Assembly: GCA_008632985.1 (NCBI GenBank)
Contig: QPGO01000084.1
Span: 1-64,000, forward strand
From: Psammoneis japonica
Taxonomy: Eukaryota
Length of the DNA stretch: 64,000 nt
Direction: 5' to 3'
The translations under genes were made by a program, and so were the position numbers. Numbering within the stretch: position 1 is the stretch's first letter; every line of letters begins with the position of its first letter. Positions 12,299 to 24,257 of the stretch are shown piece by piece. The notes below the pieces were generated by a model. It was not told the origin of the DNA and did no database searches. It saw nothing but the letters and a program-made list of their open reading frames with translations.

Positions 12299-13641
12299 CT
12301 ACAGTATTAACTCTTTAGTTTGGGTGGCATAGAGGAGCGCATGACTAGGCCTTATCTGTATTGCTAGATAGTGCCAGTGTTCATTCGGCAGACTCACCGT
12401 ACCGGAACTGAGACGAAGTATTTCCCGCGGACTACAATACGAAGGCGCACAAGAACATGGATACTCCAGTAGAAGCAAACACAGAGAAACTAATGTATTG
12501 TAAACTGACACGCGAGAATGCAATCTCAAGGAGAGGGCGACAAGGGTCGCTTGGTCCCTCTTTTCTTTTCTTTGTATGCAAACGTCTGGATAATTCTTGA
12601 AGAACCAAAATACAAAGTCATCAGTGCTTCGCGTACTTGCCAATAGGTAGGGCCAAAGCGCCAGTGGCACGTCACGGCGACGAAACAGGCCTCGCCCAGC
12701 TTCGTTCATGGCACAGTAGCACTGCATTTCAACGTCTTGAGCGCTATTCTGGGCGGTCACGTCTGTCAGTGAATAGGAGGCGTTGCCAATGTCCACGGGC
12801 GTCGTTGTCAGGTTCTCGCATCCTGCCAAATAAAGACCCCGCAAATTTGGCAACTTAAGATTTCTGTAGGGATGCGAGTCAATTGCTGGCATCGCGAAAG
12901 GTCCACGCTTTCTAACTTTGCCAGCAAGCCGATTTCCACCGGCACTTCGGTGAGCCCGGAACAACCAGATAAATTCAAGGTTCTGAGACTCACCATGCGC
13001 TGACCAAACTCAAAGGGCAAAGTGATGAGATTCCTGCAATCAGCGACATACATGCAACCTAGCTCAGAACATGCACCAATATCGGGAGGCAGTCTTTTCA
13101 AAGCAGCTTATTCCGCAACCGTGAAAAGGAATAAGTTCTTCAGCTTCCCAATCTCCGATGGTATTTCGGTAAGCCTTTCACAGTTGCGCAGCGACAATTC
13201 TCGAAGCTGCGTTAGGTCGCCGATTTCAGGAGGCAATCGATCCATGATGTTGCAGCTGTGCACCAACAATGCCCGCAGCTTTTTCAACTTTCCCAATCTC
13301 CGATGGTATTTCGGTAAGCCTTTCACAGTTGCGCAGCGACAATTCTCGAAGCTGCGTCAGGTCGCCGATTTCAAGAGGCAACCGAACCATGATGTTGCAG
13401 CGGACTATCTTCAATGTCTGAAGCTTTCTCAGGAGTCCAATCTCACGAGGCAGCTGGATCAATCGTTCGCAATCCCGAAAAACGACATAACGGCGTTCTC
13501 ATATCCAGTTTCTAAATTCTGATGCAACATTCTGACAATGAGTCGATCAAATTCGGCCAAGTCTGTCATGAATTTCAAATCAAATTCTGATTTTCCGGTG
13601 GCCCGAGAAAGAGCTCTGAGAGTCTCTCGAGACTTATCCAT
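12299..13641 (-). pseudogene. Leucine-rich repeat protein, frameshifted
   Basis: LPxEIGxLxxLxxLxLxxCxxL repeats spread over several frames. Diatom-type C-terminus MNEAGR...PLALWPYLL. Internal duplication 13141-13400. Confidence 0.8.
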
Positions 13642-14039
13642 AGCTGCACAGTTGGCGAGAGCAGTTGGAAGAAGAAGGGGTCGAGATTGGATTCGCTTAC
13701 TGTGTCGTCGCTGTCCTAAAGCGTCATGGTCTTCTGCTACCTGCTACCTTCGACCTTCGACGACGTGCCGCGGGACTGCTCGAGCTCTCTAGCTAGAGAG
13801 AGCGCGCACAAAAATAGTGAGCATGCACTCCACTGGCGACAGACAGGCAGTTCGTAGAAACTTCATAGGCAGATAGGAATTTACGAGCTTTTTGTACTGA
13901 AATAAAAACTCTGGAGGCTACAGGATAGATCAGGATTTAGACAAGTCGAACCCCAGAGTAACCGTTCAACACATTCATTTTTATTCATGCCATTCATGCT
14001 GTTCATCCTAAGGAACCCCAAATTTCCAATTGACCGAGC

Positions 14040-16830
14040 GCAAGATCGATTCGAAGGTCATGCTTTTGTCTGCCCGTGTGCCCGTTTGTCTTCTTGGTTT
14101 AATGGGGTTGAGCAGTGTGTGTGGCGCAACAATGTGAGTGGCTTTGTTGGCCATGGCATTGTTGTTTTTCATGCAAAAATTCGGTGAGGGTCATTTTTGT
14201 TTTTGCACATGATTTTCAGAGTGTGCAAATGTGCTGACATCAAATCCCCTGGTTTTTGCTCAACCAAGCATCTGTGCCCCAACAATGAGATCAGCCACCA
14301 GCCCGGCCACTTGCTGAATCTCATTGCCTTGTCTTGGCGAGGCATTTCATTTGGGTTTCATTTGGGTTGGTTGGTGGCAGGAGCCCCATTTGCTGGAAAG
14401 GCAGGTTTGGGTGTCTTTGGCCACCACCTTCCTCAGCCCAGTGTGCCTTTTTTTGTTCTCATTGTGGCACTGCACACTCGCACGTCAAATGACTTGAAAC
14501 TTGGTCAGTGCACAGCCACGCTGGACAGACTCACAACAAAGCTGTGCACCAAGTGCCGTCTCACTCCTGCTGTGCCAACAGGCTTTTTCTGGACTTTGCC
14601 AGCAGCCAAAGTGGCCATCAAATGCTGCCACACATCATGATGCTGCATCAGGCCAACAAATGAAAGGAGACGTCATTTTGTCAAATGAAGCAAACAATGG
14701 CAGCTGCTGAGCTGCTGTTGCATGTGAGACATGTGGCACTTCCAAGGAGGTGCTGGTGGACATGGTTGTTTGTGGCAGAGAGTGCTCACAGCTGCAAGCT
14801 GTGCAATTCTGTGTGTGCCATTGTCCTTGCAAAAGCACTCATCCACTCTGAAGCCAGTGAGTTTGCACATGTCATTCCACAAATGTGGGTCCCCCCCCCC
14901 CAAACAGGAGCTGTCAAGAGTCAAAATGACTCTTGTTGCAGTCTTTGGGTCAGGCCACATGAGCTTCAGATGTGCTTGTGTGGAGCACAAAAATGCACTC
15001 TGTCCCGGTGGAAATGAGGCAAATTTGCCACAATGTTTGGGTGCTGTGTTGAAAAAGATGGTGGCTGCTTTAGAAATGAGAGAGCACTGATTGTAAATTT
15101 CAGTTCATTGTTGTGTCCAGAGTGCAGGCAAGAGGGTTGGCAGTTGGGTCATCTTTTCCTGTGGCACTGCAGCCCATTGGAAATTTGTCTGTTTTGTGAC
15201 ATTTGGGTGAGCTCACTTGGCATTTGGGACACAGGTGCTTCTCTTTGCCCTTTGTTGGCTGGGATGACGACAAACTGTGGTTTCAATTTCAGTGCTGCCT
15301 TTTTCCAGATGGCTTTGTTGCCTCCAATGACATGGGCATGTGTGCTGCACTTCACACAGTGCATCAGCTGCCAGATGGTCTTTCACAAATTGTTGGGGGG
15401 GAACAAATGATGGACAATGGGGTCAGGTCAGCAAAATGTGCCCCCACCCCATTTCCAAGCTGCTGTTGCAACAGCAGCACACAAATGCACATGCTTGCAC
15501 ATGGGTGTTCTGTGCATCAGATGTGTTTGTGTGCCAACTGGCTGTTGGCTGATTGCTGCAGTCATTTGGCAGTGCTGCTGTGTCATGTCATTGAGGTGCA
15601 GCCCAGCCAAGGTGACAGCAGGGAACAATCTTTGATTCTCCCAGCCAGAGGCAGCATGCAAAATGTGCTGCCAGTGTCTTTGCCTCAGGGCCAGATGTGG
15701 GCAAAATTTTGGCTGCACCCAGGGGGCTGTGTTGCTTGGCAAACTTGGCTGCACAAGGGTCTGTGGTTTTGTCAAGTTGCAACCAATCTGTGCTGTTGAG
15801 ATGGAGGCATCTGCTTCTCTGCTCTCTCCAGCTGCATGCAAAAACAACACACTGTGTCTGTTCACATGCAAAATTGACACCCTGCAATGCCTCCAGGGCT
15901 CATCTGGCCCAAGATGTGTTGTTTGTTGCCCACCAAAGAAACTGTGCATCCCAGCAACCACCCTGTGCTGCCCAAAGCACCCACTGTCAACACCCCATGG
16001 AAGGTTGTGATCACATCATCTTGAAGTGTCTGTGCAACAACAAACCACAGCACTGCTGTGCAAGCTCTCACACAGGGCACATTTGTGCCAAAAACACAAC
16101 AAGGCTCTCACTGTTCTGCCCTCATGGAATTTGCCTCATTTTGCTCTTGAATCTTGTTTTTGGGGTGAGCTGTTCTGTCCTCAAGATGCTCATCTTGGCA
16201 TCTCTGAGTTTTCACAAAATCATGGGAAACAAGAGCTGGTGGCAGCCAAAAATGACTTCTCAAGTTTGCAGAAAACAGTTCAGCAGCCTCGCACTTTCTT
16301 GACAGGTGTTTGTCTCCTGCCTCTTGTGGCATGGCATCTAGGCAGCTCAACTGGGCTGCTGCCGCAACTCCTGGAATTTTCATTTGAGTCCAACAGCGTG
16401 AAGAGCGGGGTGCTCACAATGATGCTTTTCATGGACACAACTCCTCAGAAAATGGAAAGTCTGCTCCAAATGGTGTGATGTGGAGGCAGAAGTCACTGCA
16501 ATTCCTTCCTGGGTGGATGGTCATTCAGCTCAGGACAGGGCTCCTTGGCTTGATTTTCTTGCAAATTGTCTTGCCCACTCTGCTCATTGATCATTGAGCT
16601 GGCTTGCTTTGATTGAGCCCATGTTTAAGATGAGCATCTGAGGCTTTTGATGGCTTGCTGTTTTCAAAGAATTTGAGCTGGTGTTTCCAGATCTGTTTTG
16701 GAGGCATCACTGGCCAATTTGTCACATGCCCCTGCTGCACTTTGGTGTGCTGGGGATGTGGGTTAGCTTGTTGCCAGAGTTGCCAGGTGGAAGAGTGGCA
16801 GCACCCAAAACACAGACTCTTTGTTTCTTC
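14040..16830. other. TpA-depleted domain II (unidentified decayed element)
   Basis: About 5 TA in 14102-16800 by eye (15071, 15094, 16339, 16626, 16764) and few CpG. Both flanks have normal TA. Confidence 0.9.
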
Positions 16831-17001
16831 TTATGTGCCAGGCCCTTAAGTGTTGTTCCAGTCCCCTACATGGGCTGTGGGGCGACCCCAATTGTGCGTT
16901 GTCGTTAGCTTAAGTTAGCTGCTGACTTGAGAAACCTAGTGCCATGTGTTGTTATTTTTATGTTTAACCGTTTTAATCAAAGGACAGCATTACTGAGTCT
17001 C

Positions 17002-18489
17002 TCAGGGAGTGGCAAAGGCGCTGCAAAACGTTTGCCATTCAGGTTGAGCCAGAATTGTCTTAGAATCAATCCAACAGTAGATTTTGCTGTCAACCTTCTT
17101 GTCAAAACGCTTCCGAAGTTTTTCTGGACGTTTCGGATCTGACGCTCCCACCAATTCAGCAACGTAGCGTTGATCCAATGCCAGTGATTTTTCAAATAAG
17201 TCGTTGAGAATGCCGTCTTCTGGACAAAGCATAGGCAAATCCAAAGCAGTTTGATTCAATTCTTCTTGATGCTTCATGATGGCATTGGTAATATTCGGTC
17301 GACTCCACAATGTGGCATCAATCAGCCCCGCCCGATTGGCGTCCATCGCCAAACCGCTGTAGTACAGCAAATGAATATTGCCCTTGTTTTCAAGAGATTT
17401 TGAGCCTTCTTCAGCGTTACGTCGCATACTTTCCTTGCATGAAGCGGGAGCAGCACCCTCAAGCATGTCGCACACAAATGCTGAAAGCAATCCCTTGGGG
17501 TTATGCAAGTCAAGAACTTTGACAGGGAAATGCTTGGAAGCCATTTCCACTATAGAATCAGTGAAGCAGTTGAGCTCCGAGATCCAACCGGTGTATTTGC
17601 CCCAATCGTTGTTCTTGTCTGGAAACAGTGGATCCACATAAAGTTTTTCGCCCTTGTCGTTTGTCCACGGAAACCTTTCATCATAGCTTAGCTCATGCCA
17701 AGAAGATTGCCACCAAAGAGAGGGCACCCATTCAAAATATGGTCGATAGCCACTAACAATGCTGACGTCCCAGTCCTCCTTGGTAATTTGATATAGTTTT
17801 TCGTACTGTCTTTCATCTTGCAACGAGAATGAATAATCTTCCACAGACACAAGGACATTCCTTCCGTAGGGTTTAAGATGGCCTAACTCTTTCGCCCAAA
17901 TGTCAAAAAAGTTGGGATCATCAACAGGAATGCGAAACAATTCATCACCCATGACTGTGCCATCCTGAAACGTGTGTGGTTGATTCACATAGTGCCAATT
18001 GTCTTGTTCCAAGAACCCATGGTAAGCCAATCCGGTCAATCCAGTTTGGACTGTAGTAGTTCCCGTTTTCAGAGGTCCAACGTGTAAAACAAGTCGTTGT
18101 TTTCTTTCGGATTGTGCGACTTCAGCCTTGTCACTTGTCTCAAAAGATTGTTCATCCTGAGTTGGAGTTGTAGGTTGCGTTGTTGCATTTGGCCTCAAAT
18201 CGTTTCGCCCTTCCTTTTGACCGTTCTCGTCGGCTATCATCTCTGACGGTTCCGCACCAGGAGCTGTTTTAGTAGAAGTTGGTGGATCAAGGGGGGTATC
18301 GCCAATTGAAGCGAAAAGCTCTCCGGTCTTTTCTGTGGGACGTAGGCAGGGAAATGTAGGCAACGTTGGGGCTCGAGCTTGTCGAACCAACAACTGAGAG
18401 TGCAGGATGATGTGCAGTACTGCACCTGCATATAACGCCAAATATAGAATGTGTTTCGACAAAAGTCGGCCTGTTGTTTGAAATGTCAT
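17002..18489 (-). CDS. Membrane-anchored sulfotransferase-like (P-loop) protein
   Basis: Intact ORF; N-terminal TM helix (ILYLALYAGAVLHII); LVLHVGPLKTGTTTVQ motif; start placed at MTFQ. Confidence 0.75.
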   Translation of the reverse strand: MTFQTTGRLLSKHILYLALYAGAVLHIILHSQLLVRQARAPTLPTFPCLRPTEKTGELFASIGDTPLDPPTSTKTAPGAEPSEMIADENGQKEGRNDLRPNATTQPTTPTQDEQSFETSDKAEVAQSERKQRLVLHVGPLKTGTTTVQTGLTGLAYHGFLEQDNWHYVNQPHTFQDGTVMGDELFRIPVDDPNFFDIWAKELGHLKPYGRNVLVSVEDYSFSLQDERQYEKLYQITKEDWDVSIVSGYRPYFEWVPSLWWQSSWHELSYDERFPWTNDKGEKLYVDPLFPDKNNDWGKYTGWISELNCFTDSIVEMASKHFPVKVLDLHNPKGLLSAFVCDMLEGAAPASCKESMRRNAEEGSKSLENKGNIHLLYYSGLAMDANRAGLIDATLWSRPNITNAIMKHQEELNQTALDLPMLCPEDGILNDLFEKSLALDQRYVAELVGASDPKRPEKLRKRFDKKVDSKIYCWIDSKTILAQPEWQTFCSAFATP

Positions 18490-18718
18490 GGCTGAACAAG
18501 AGGCGTTGACGACAAGAACTCTGCTTCGCAGTTTTCCAACTTGTGCGGTCGGGTGTTCACACCGTACATACCGTTCATGGAAAATCATCGCAGAAATCAG
18601 TTTACGGCTGCAGATTAACGGCTATCATACCCAGCTACTGTCTGTATGATAGCTATTATTCTGTATGTCGTTTTGAAACAAATATTTGTATAAGTATGTA
18701 TATATCTTTTGAAAGTTA

Positions 18719-19025
18719 CTACGAATTGCAAGACAATTGCGCGATTCACGTGCCCGAAGGTGGAATATCGTTGCCCGAAGCAACATTCTCCCTTCGCGCA
18801 GATGTCATTTCTACGTATGATGTGGTATCAAAATTTTCATTTTGGTCGTCTAAATCGTCCCAGTCATTTCATCAAATGACCTTGTGGTACTCTCCTACGT
18901 GATCTACGCAAATCGGAGCTTCGGGCTGGCTGGTACATTTTCTACAGGCTCTACGTGCGCGAAGCTCGAATTTCAACAATCACCCTTCGGGCACGTGAAT
19001 CGCGCAATTGTCTTGCAATTCGTAG
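18719..19025. mobile_element. Tc1/mariner-type MITE (307 bp) with perfect 42-bp TIRs and TA TSD
   Basis: ctacgaattgcaagacaattgcgcgattcacgtgcccgaagg at 18719 and its exact reverse complement ending at 19025. TA at 18717-18718 and 19026-19027. Confidence 0.9.
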
Positions 19026-19793
19026 TATGTGATTGTGTGTCTCATAGTGCCTACCGTGTTTTTGGATATTTTCGATGACTTTGAAACTGTGGAACACTTG
19101 GGGGTCGCGATTTGGAGTTTTTGACCCCCAGACCTATTTTAATGCACGCCCACATGTCTGTAGAATGCATTAAAATACCAACGGTCCAAATCAGGTCGTG
19201 TTTAGCATGTCAAAAGTGTTCCACAATTTCGGTTGCTCGCCAATCAAAGAAATTCGGCACAACATTAATTATTTTAATAATTATATATATTTCAATGATC
19301 ACACCCAAAACTCATACCTCATCTTCCGAAAAAACCGCCAGAGCTTACCCCCCCATTCCCCCCCCACGGAATGAGCAGACTCTCAGCTTTCCATCGATGT
19401 ATCGCATGTGGGGTAACTGTGCGTACAAAATTTCAACTCATCATAAATACTCAAGTGCACGGTACATACAGCACCGCTATGCACGTTCTTTTACTGTAGC
19501 AAGCTAAATAGATGTAAAATAATACAGGGAAAATCAATATATTAGGTGTTGGATGAAAACATTATATCCAAAATGGGGGGCTGGCTGGGCTGGCCGGACC
19601 CTATACTACCGTACAAAAATTTCCGTAGATTCCTACACGAATTTGGAATTTTTGAAGGCCTTGATGTGCTTGCGTGCAATCGACGAGGAACGAACGACGA
19701 CTCACTCCTCGTTCACTCATTCACTCTCTCGCTGCCAAGATATAGTAAGAGAGTTAGGGCCCTAGTTAAAAGGCTTTCACTACAGTTACCACC

Positions 19794-21172
19794 ATGGGCT
19801 GTGCTTCCTCTACAGCCACTGCCAAAGATGAGGTTGTCCATAGTACATCTACACCCAAAGCTCTTCACGAGAGTAGAGAAAAGAGTATCACGGCTGGCAC
19901 AGAAGCCATGACGAATCATGTTCATCTTGACAGCAACGTTCTGAGCGACGCGTCTTTTACTACAAACGAGACTAAAGCACCAACAAGCAAATCTGCCATA
20001 CTGGGCGGTAGCCTCCATGTACGATATGCCTGCATGAGTCGTAAAGGACGAGATCCGGAGAATCTGTCGAAACCCAATCAAGATGCATATTCCGTCCACG
20101 AAGGATTTTACAAGGATGCTGACTTTTTCGGTGTCTACGACGGCCACGGACCCGAGGGCCAGGAATGCTCGCAGTTTGTTCGACGACGTCTGCCTGAACT
20201 TGTTCGATGCAAATTAAAGGAGAATTCTCAGGATTTGTACAACATGTCATTGCATGATGCGCACGTGGAATGCAATGAGGAATTGCGTTCCTGCTCGGCC
20301 ATTAATGATTTGTATTCGGGAACGACCTGTATTACGCTCTACGTGCACGGTCAAGACAGTGGTAAACTTTCCATTTGCAATCTGGGAGACAGTCGCGCCA
20401 TTATGGGGACACCCATTGCTTCTTCAACCTCATTGCGGGCGGTGCCCTTGTCCAACGACCAAACGCCCAAGCGAGCGGACGAGGCGGCACGATGCAAACG
20501 ATCCGGTGCGAGAATTCTATCCTTTGGTGAAATCGATCCATCTACCAAAGAGGACGACGATGATGTAGAGGATCCGCCCCGTGTTTGGAGTAAAAAGGGA
20601 AACTACCCCGGCGTTGCATTTACACGATCCATTGGTGACGGTACGTTTTTTGTGACCCTACCCAAAAAAGATATCTGTATGGAACCAAATTCTATCTCTA
20701 CCGGTAACCTTACTCCCGCTTATGTATAGCCGTTGCTGAAAAACTAGGCGTCTTTGCGGAACCCGAACAGTTAACTTTGAAGCTTTCTCCCCATGAAGTT
20801 AAAATTATTGTCCTTGCGACCGATGGGGTTTTCGACGTCATGTCGGATCAAGAAGTGATTGATTTGTGCCATCGGCATTATAGGCAAGACCCGATGCAAG
20901 CGTGTAGGGCCGTTATCGAAAAAAGTCACAGGGAGTGGCTGAACAATGATGACTGCTGTATAAATGAGGAAACGGCGAATTATGATGACATGACAATGAT
21001 ATGCATCTTTATTGATAGTGATCAACAGATTGTTGGTGCGACAGCGGATACTCCTGAAAAGGACAATGCCCGACTCTCAGCGGCCTCAGAACCTGCACAA
21101 CCGAAACAGAAACGAGTCAGGCACAAGCAAAAAACTCTTCAGAATCTAGAGGAGATGGGGATTCAACAATAG
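19794..21172 (+). CDS. Protein phosphatase 2C (PPM family), one intron 20641-20729
   Basis: MGCASS myristoylation-type start; NQD, GVYDGHG, NLGDSRA, AFTRSIGD|AVAEKLG, LATDGVFD and DDMT motifs. The GT-AG intron restores the frame. Confidence 0.93.
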
Positions 21173-21404
21173 CTGAAATTATTGACAGATGTGGTGCTAA
21201 GGTGCGTTTTCTAAGTCCCGCGATCAAGTAGATATTTCAGCAAACTGCGCTCACAACCTTTGGGTTCTCAAATCGATTCATAAATTCAACTAAGTAAAAG
21301 TTTAATATATGCGTAATACAGATATCATCGAGATCTGCTCGTTTGTTTTCTTCATTAGCCCCGTGAAAGCCAATCAGCGTCCATCAGTGCCTGAAGAGAC
21401 TCTT

Positions 21405-23733
21405 TCAAGTTTCGTTCGTTCTGTTTTTTTCGTTCGAAGCAATGGGAAGTGCACGGCGCCCTGTGGCTTCTCTAACTTCAAACTTGAGTTCTATGCTCAA
21501 TAGAAAATTGCCCTGAAGATTGTCCCGGGCAAAAAAGTGCACGCTCAAACCGTAGTATCCCGGCACCAAATCACGACCCCGATTCATGTCAAAAACAGTG
21601 TAAGGAACAGAGTTGTCCACAGTGGTGACTTGATCCGTAGCTCCGTAGTTAAAAGGGAACTCGTATAGTTCCAAAATGGCACTTTCCTCCCCTAGGCAAA
21701 ATGGACGAGCCTCAATGTTCACTTCATAGCTGGGCAGCGTAAGAACACCGTTACCCAGTTGATCTTCAATAAGGCCGATGGCACTGTTGGTATCAGCGTT
21801 CCAAAGAATAAGCTTCACATTTTCCGTCTCAATCTGAAACTTGATTTCAGCACTGGCCAACCATTCGCCCTTGTTGTTGTCTTTGGCGTAAATGTGGGCG
21901 CAGATTGAGTAGTGGCCGGGTATCAAAGTGCGGCCGAAGACGATATCCGTGGCGCTACCTCCAAAGGCAGTGTAGGGGACCTTGTTTTCAATAGCAGTCA
22001 GGGTATCCACCATACCTGCAGAGTTCAAACAAACTGTGAGACATGTAATTGTAGATTCATCATCATCGCCAGTAGAGCTACGCAAGAAAGAGACTTACCA
22101 TTGTTAAATGGGAACATATATGTCTCTAGGAGAGCACTCTCTTCGTCGCAAGAATGTGTGGGTCTAGCCTCGAAGCTGACTTGATAATTGGGCAAACAGA
22201 GAACACCATTGACCAAGTGATCTTTCAGCTTGCCGACCTCGGTATTGGTGTCGGCATTCCACAGGTAAAACTCGACCTTGCAATCGCAACCGTCTTCAGC
22301 GGCGGTCTTGAATTTGGTCTCAGCACTGGCCAACCATTCGCCCTTGTTGTCGTCCTTAGCGTAAATGTGAGCGCAGATTGAGTAGTGGCCGGGTACCAAA
22401 GTGCGCCCGAAGACGATATCCGTGGCGCTACCTCCAAAGGCAGTGTAGGGGACTTTGTTTTCAACAGCAGTCAGGGTATCCACCATACCTGCAAAGTTCA
22501 AACAAACTGTGAGACATACAATTGTAGATTCATCATCATCGCCAGTAGAGCTACGCAAGAAAGAGACTTACCATTGTTAAATGGGAACATATATGTCTCC
22601 ACGAGTGCACTCTCTTCACCGCAAGAATGTGTGGCTCTAGCCTCGAAGCTGACTTGAAAATTGGGCAAACAGAGAACACCATTAACCAAGTGATCTTTCA
22701 GCTTGCCGACCTCGGTATTGGTGTCGGCATTCCACAGGTAAAACTCGATCTTGCAATCGCAATCGTCTGTAGCGGAGGTCTTGAATTTGGTCTCAGCACT
22801 GGCCAACCATTCGCCCTTGTTGTCGTCCTTAGCGTAAATGTGAGCGAAGAGTGAGTAGTGGCCGGGTACCAAAGTGCGGCCGAAGACGATATCCGTGGCG
22901 CTACCACCAAAGGCAGTGTAGGGGACTTTGTTTTCAACAGCAGTCAGGGTATCCACCATACCTGCAAAGTTCAAACAAAGTGTGAGACACGCAATATTGT
23001 AGATTCGCCATCATCGTCATTAGAGCTACGCAAGAGACTTACCATTGTTAAACGCGAATATATGTGTCTCTACGAGAGCACTCTCTTCGTTGCAAGACTG
23101 TGTTGCTCTAGCCTCGAAGCTGACTTGATAATTGGGCAAACAGAGAACACCATTAACCAAGTGATCTTCCAGCCTGCCGACCTCAACATTGGTGTCGGCG
23201 TTCCACAAATAAAAATCGACATCGCATTTCGACTCAGTGGGTGAAGGTGGTGGTGGTGACGGTGTCTTTCCCTTCCCTTTCCCCTTCCCTTTCCCCTTCG
23301 CCTTTGATTTTGGCTTGAATTGCGATCTAGACGCGGGCGCTTCTGCTTTTAATTTTGATTTAACTTTTGGCGCTGGTCCCTTTGGTTTTGATTTAGATGT
23401 ACCTTCAGAGGTGTCACTAGTACTGGGTGCAAGTGGTGGTGGTGACGGTGACGGTGATTTCCCCTTCACCTTTGATTTTGGCTTGGGTTGCGATCCAGGC
23501 GATGGCGCTGCTGCCTTTGAATGTGATTTAGCTTTTGGCGCTGGTCCCTTAGGTTCTGATTTAGCAGTATCTTCAGAGGTGTTGCTAGTACTTGTCATAC
23601 CCTCCAAAGCATCCGCTTCCACGGCGGAGATCGATGAGGGGGCCGACAAAAAGACGGCAACCGCAAGTACGGCCATCAACAAAATGACAACCGTAAGAAC
23701 CAAGGTGGCCTTTTTGCAAGAACGAGAGAACAT
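21405..23733 (-). CDS. Secreted or membrane-anchored protein with a Lys/Pro-rich region and four ~130-aa repeats; introns 22016-22098, 22489-22571, 22962-23042
   Basis: Hydrophobic N-terminus, KPKSK/PSPPP region and repeats beginning FYLWNADTN. 473-bp tandem units each carry a GTAAGT...TGCAG intron, giving an in-frame FNNG|MVD junction. Confidence 0.85.
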
Positions 23734-24257
23734 GTACAGTATCTTGTTGGTTTCGTTTGTGTCGGCAAGGACGGTGTGGATGGATGGAAAGCAGTTTGGG
23801 ATGCATTAAATGAACTTAAAGAAAGCGGGAAATAGCCGCCCATACACCTGGTAGAACGTCGACTCCCTCTGTTTTGGTGAAAGCACCTCTGTGAGCGATG
23901 ATCGAGCTCGTGAGCGATAAGGGGAAAATGTGAGCGAGCCTTGAGATCGCTGACGATTTGTGGGAGCCCCTTATATTTTATTTGTGAATTATGAATATAT
24001 GAAATCTTAATAACGGCACAAATAAAAGACTTAGGACGAATGGAAAAGAAACTTGAAGTAAGGACCTAATTATAAGTCATTACGGTTAAACCGACGTTAT
24101 ATCAGAAACTCTGGAAACGACTAGTTGGCATCGCTCACAATTTATCTCCCAGAAAGGTATGCCTCAAACAAAAACTAATGTGGAAGCTCACAACTTTCAA
24201 ACAGTCAGATCCGTCAATCAGGCTCTATTATTTATCTCGATCATCACCGTCATCGCA

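Noticed and set aside
19083..19230. 17-bp inverted repeat (gaaactgtggaacactt / aagtgttccacaatttc) with an internal ggggtc/gacccc hairpin
   Set aside because: Possibly an old MITE, but no termini or TSD could be defined.
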